DNA of 64,000 nucleotides from Podarcis erhardii (lineage: Eukaryota). Under the pieces are notes generated by a model, which saw only the letters and a list, made by a program, of their open reading frames with translations, did no database searches and was not told the origin of the DNA. Below are positions 60,971-64,000 of this stretch, piece after piece. Numbering within the stretch: the first letter of the stretch is position 1; every line of letters begins with the position of its first letter. The stretch lies in the NCBI GenBank assembly GCA_964252035.1, contig OZ176202.1. One strand, given 5' to 3'. Position numbers and translations under genes: made by a program.

Positions 60971-62460
60971 TGAAATTTCCAAAGAAAATGTGATTGTTGA
61001 CATAATCATGAAATTACTCTTGCTCTTGTCAACAAACCCTTTCAGTTTGGAAATTTCACTTCACTCATCTTGTCTTGGGCACAGCGAATTACAAGGCATA
61101 TTTCCCCTAGCTGCTACAGTTTATGCTATAAGGAAGAATTTGTCTTAGCCATGGGTGCTCTTAGAGCTGTGCTTTTCTTTAAGTGCTTTTCCATAAATGG
61201 CACCTCTGTTTCTGTCTTCTGATTTTAAAATGCCTCGCTTTACCTCATAAATGTTTCCCTCTTTTCTCTCTCTTTTTAAAATCCTCCTTTTCCACTCCCT
61301 GACTTTTTCTCACCCGCTCTATTTAAACAGTGCCTTTATTGTTCACTCCCAACACCTGTCACATGGGCCCCACAGTTTTTCCTGTTAGTTGAGTTAATGA
61401 AAAAGTCGGGTTCTTTAATATCATAGCTAAAAGTAAACCTAATTTTTTAAAAATACAATGAGGTAGAAACAGATAATATGGTTGTGAGCAATTCCACAAT
61501 TATCAATCATTCTTACTATTTGCATAGGTCATCAGCTTCAGGCTTTCAAGTCCAGAAAGGAAATGACTTTCAGCTGAGGTGTGTGTCTAAGACAAATTTG
61601 CTGTACAGATGTTTCCTAGATCAAGCACAATTAACAAATAGATGTCAGAAAAAAATGGTTCTAGATCAAGCATAGCAAGGTGTGCAGCAGAAGCAATGGC
61701 TTGAGACTTAACCAATCATGGTGTGAATTTAAATGGGTGTTTTGGAGTTTGAAATACTTTGGAGCCATATCGCATTCAGCCTGACAAAGGCCACTGATGC
61801 TGATGGCAAGAAAATTGGCCCAGGATTTCCAGTAAGTGTTCATGGCAGAAGACAAATTTAAATCAAGTTCTTTGGGTGAATGGCCAGCCTGTATTTTATT
61901 TCACTTCAACTGGTGGTGCCTCAGGGCTGTCAACAACTTGGTTGCAGCCAAATTTAAGAAGGATCATGCCAGCAGTACCATTTTTTAAAAAAATTGAAGT
62001 TCAAAAGGAAAAAATGGTCCAAATGAAAAAACTTAACAAGGATATATTGTTTGTATTGAAGGAGCTAGTCCTTCAGGAATGAACCCACCACCATTTCCAG
62101 TAATGATTATTTAGAAGCTATGTGCTCTGTTGCTTATTCATCTTTGGCTTGTGAGCACACATTAGCTGTGTTTTATCTAGCTACTGTCATAAATCACTTG
62201 TGTAAAGGGGAGTGTGTTGCCCAATGAAATGGTGTTTAGGCAGACTTTCCTTTGGCTTCAGGAAAGTCTTTTGGTCTTAAGATCACATTATGCCACATTC
62301 ATTCTTCATGGCAGATTGGCTACACTGGTTTTGGGAAAGCAGACGAGCTTTTGGTTTTGCTGCAAATGCAGATTGAAACATGCCTCAAAATAACAGAAGT
62401 TCTGTCTACAGAAGGCATCCTCTTGCTATGGAAGAACTTTAGAAAACTGCCAGGACCTAG

Positions 62461-63092
62461 ATGCATCACAGCCAGACACTGGAGAGACCTGTCAGGAGTA
62501 AGCATGGACCAATGGTACCAAATAGTATGGGAAACAGCCCTACTAGAAAAATTAACCAATAAACTGAAACTGACATGGGGACAAATAGAAGAAGACACCT
62601 TCACCCTGGTATGGCTCCCCTTTATCACATACACAGCCCAACAAAACAATGACAAAAATCCACCAACAGCATACAAATCAATATGGCTAACCTGACCCAA
62701 AACCCACCCCACTCACACATGAAAACAAAGACCACCACAGCCAACCACAAATGAATAACCACACCATAGGCCAACCCCAACCTCTCTCACCACCAAAGGA
62801 ACACAAGTGAAAAACAAAGAGCCTGCACAAGCAACACTGACACCAAACCCTACATATAGTAAGTAAAATAGAAACATCGCCACCTGACCCCACCCCACCC
62901 ATCTTTCCCTGCGCCACCTCTTTCCCTCTTTTCTTCCTAATGTCTCAATGAATGAAACTGATTTGTAAAAATGTTACCGGGGGGGGGGGGGATATGAGAG
63001 AGAGACATTGCACACACTTTTGTAAATCAAGAAAATCTTTAATAAAAACAAACAAACAAACAAACAAACAAACAAACAAAAGAAAAAAGAAA
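62461..63092 (+). mobile_element. 5'-truncated L1-clade LINE (ORF2 C-terminus plus 3' UTR)
   Basis: ITARHWRDLSGVSMDQWYQIVWETALLEKLT...WLPFITY resembles squamate L1 ORF2 ends; AATAAA followed by an A-rich/(AAAC)n tail. Confidence 0.7.
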
Positions 63093-64000
63093 ACTTGCAG
63101 CACAGTATAGAATACTCTGTGATGTCCTGAGATTTATCTGCCTCTATTTCCCAGCACATAGATTGCTTCAGCAGTAAAGACTGTTTTAGCTCATGTAGAG
63201 ACTTGTCTTTCTTGGGGAGAGAGACACAGTTCCAGGGAAAGTTGCTGAACAGTTCCCTACTCCTTGAGCCTTATTGAACATACAGTAGAGGCTGCCTAAA
63301 ATAAAAATTCTTGAGTTTGCCAAATCACACCTTATTAAACCAAAAATTAACTGGTGTTATCTCCCTGCCCCCAGCTCATTTGCTGTGACAATTTTAGGCG
63401 CAGCCAGTAAGTTTCAGATGCTTAGGCTTTAGATAGGCATGTAAATACCCTAACTACACATCTAGGGACATTCGGTTTGCAAATCCCAAGTGTCTCCCAG
63501 GGGTCTTCACATCATTTTACTTGTCTTCTTCTAATTCTCAATAACAGGGAAAGGGTTAATTCTCTAGTTCAGGAGTGGCCAGCCTATTATTCTTCAGATG
63601 TTGCTGAACTACACTATCATTTCTGATTATTGGCCAGGCTGGCTGGGGCTGATGGGAGTTAGAGTACATCAACATTTGGAGGGTGACTAGTCACATTTTA
63701 GCCACTAAAATTGGATGCTGACTACATCCAATGAATATTTCACTTCTAATTTCCTACGTTTCTTTTGCCAAAGAGAAACAATAGAAATAAATCATAAAGA
63801 AAATTTATTTAGTAGGATTTTTTCTATAGACAGTTAGTGAATACTTAGAAGATGGTATCGCTGCGAGACCATCTGAGAACTCTTACGATTTTAGGCATGC
63901 AGACTTTAGTAAATTTGATAGGCAGCTAATATCAGTTGGGGCTGCAAAGGGTTTAATTATGAAGCTATTGGTTCTGTGATTTTACTGTAACTGGATTAAA

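Overview
Vertebrate genomic DNA from a squamate reptile; the SINE repertoire (Sauria/POM-type SINE, Squam3, BovB) points to a lacertid-like lizard. Two things dominate. (1) A complete five-exon KCNK5 (TASK-2 two-pore K+ channel) gene on the minus strand: ATG at 52397 in a CpG island, stop at 19245, 483 aa, with a 26.8-kb first intron full of LINE, SINE and MITE fragments. (2) An intact, very young Ty3/Gypsy chromovirus of the Tf1/sushi type at 76-5561, with identical 393-bp LTRs, a GGTAG target-site duplication and open gag and pol frames. The retrotransposon is the most interesting object. It has a tRNA-independent self-priming PBS, an exact 11-nt complement of LTR nt 340-350. It has an H-type pseudoknot at the gag/pol -1 overlap without a canonical slippery heptamer, and a chromodomain missing two of three cage aromatics. 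Its Pol frame runs through the polypurine tract and the whole U3 of the 3' LTR. The integrase tail carries two acidic FxGF motifs resembling the host LEDGF/p75-IBD (TFIIS-N-domain) binding motif, which suggests a possible host-mimicry integration-targeting module. All family assignments are by eye, without database searches.
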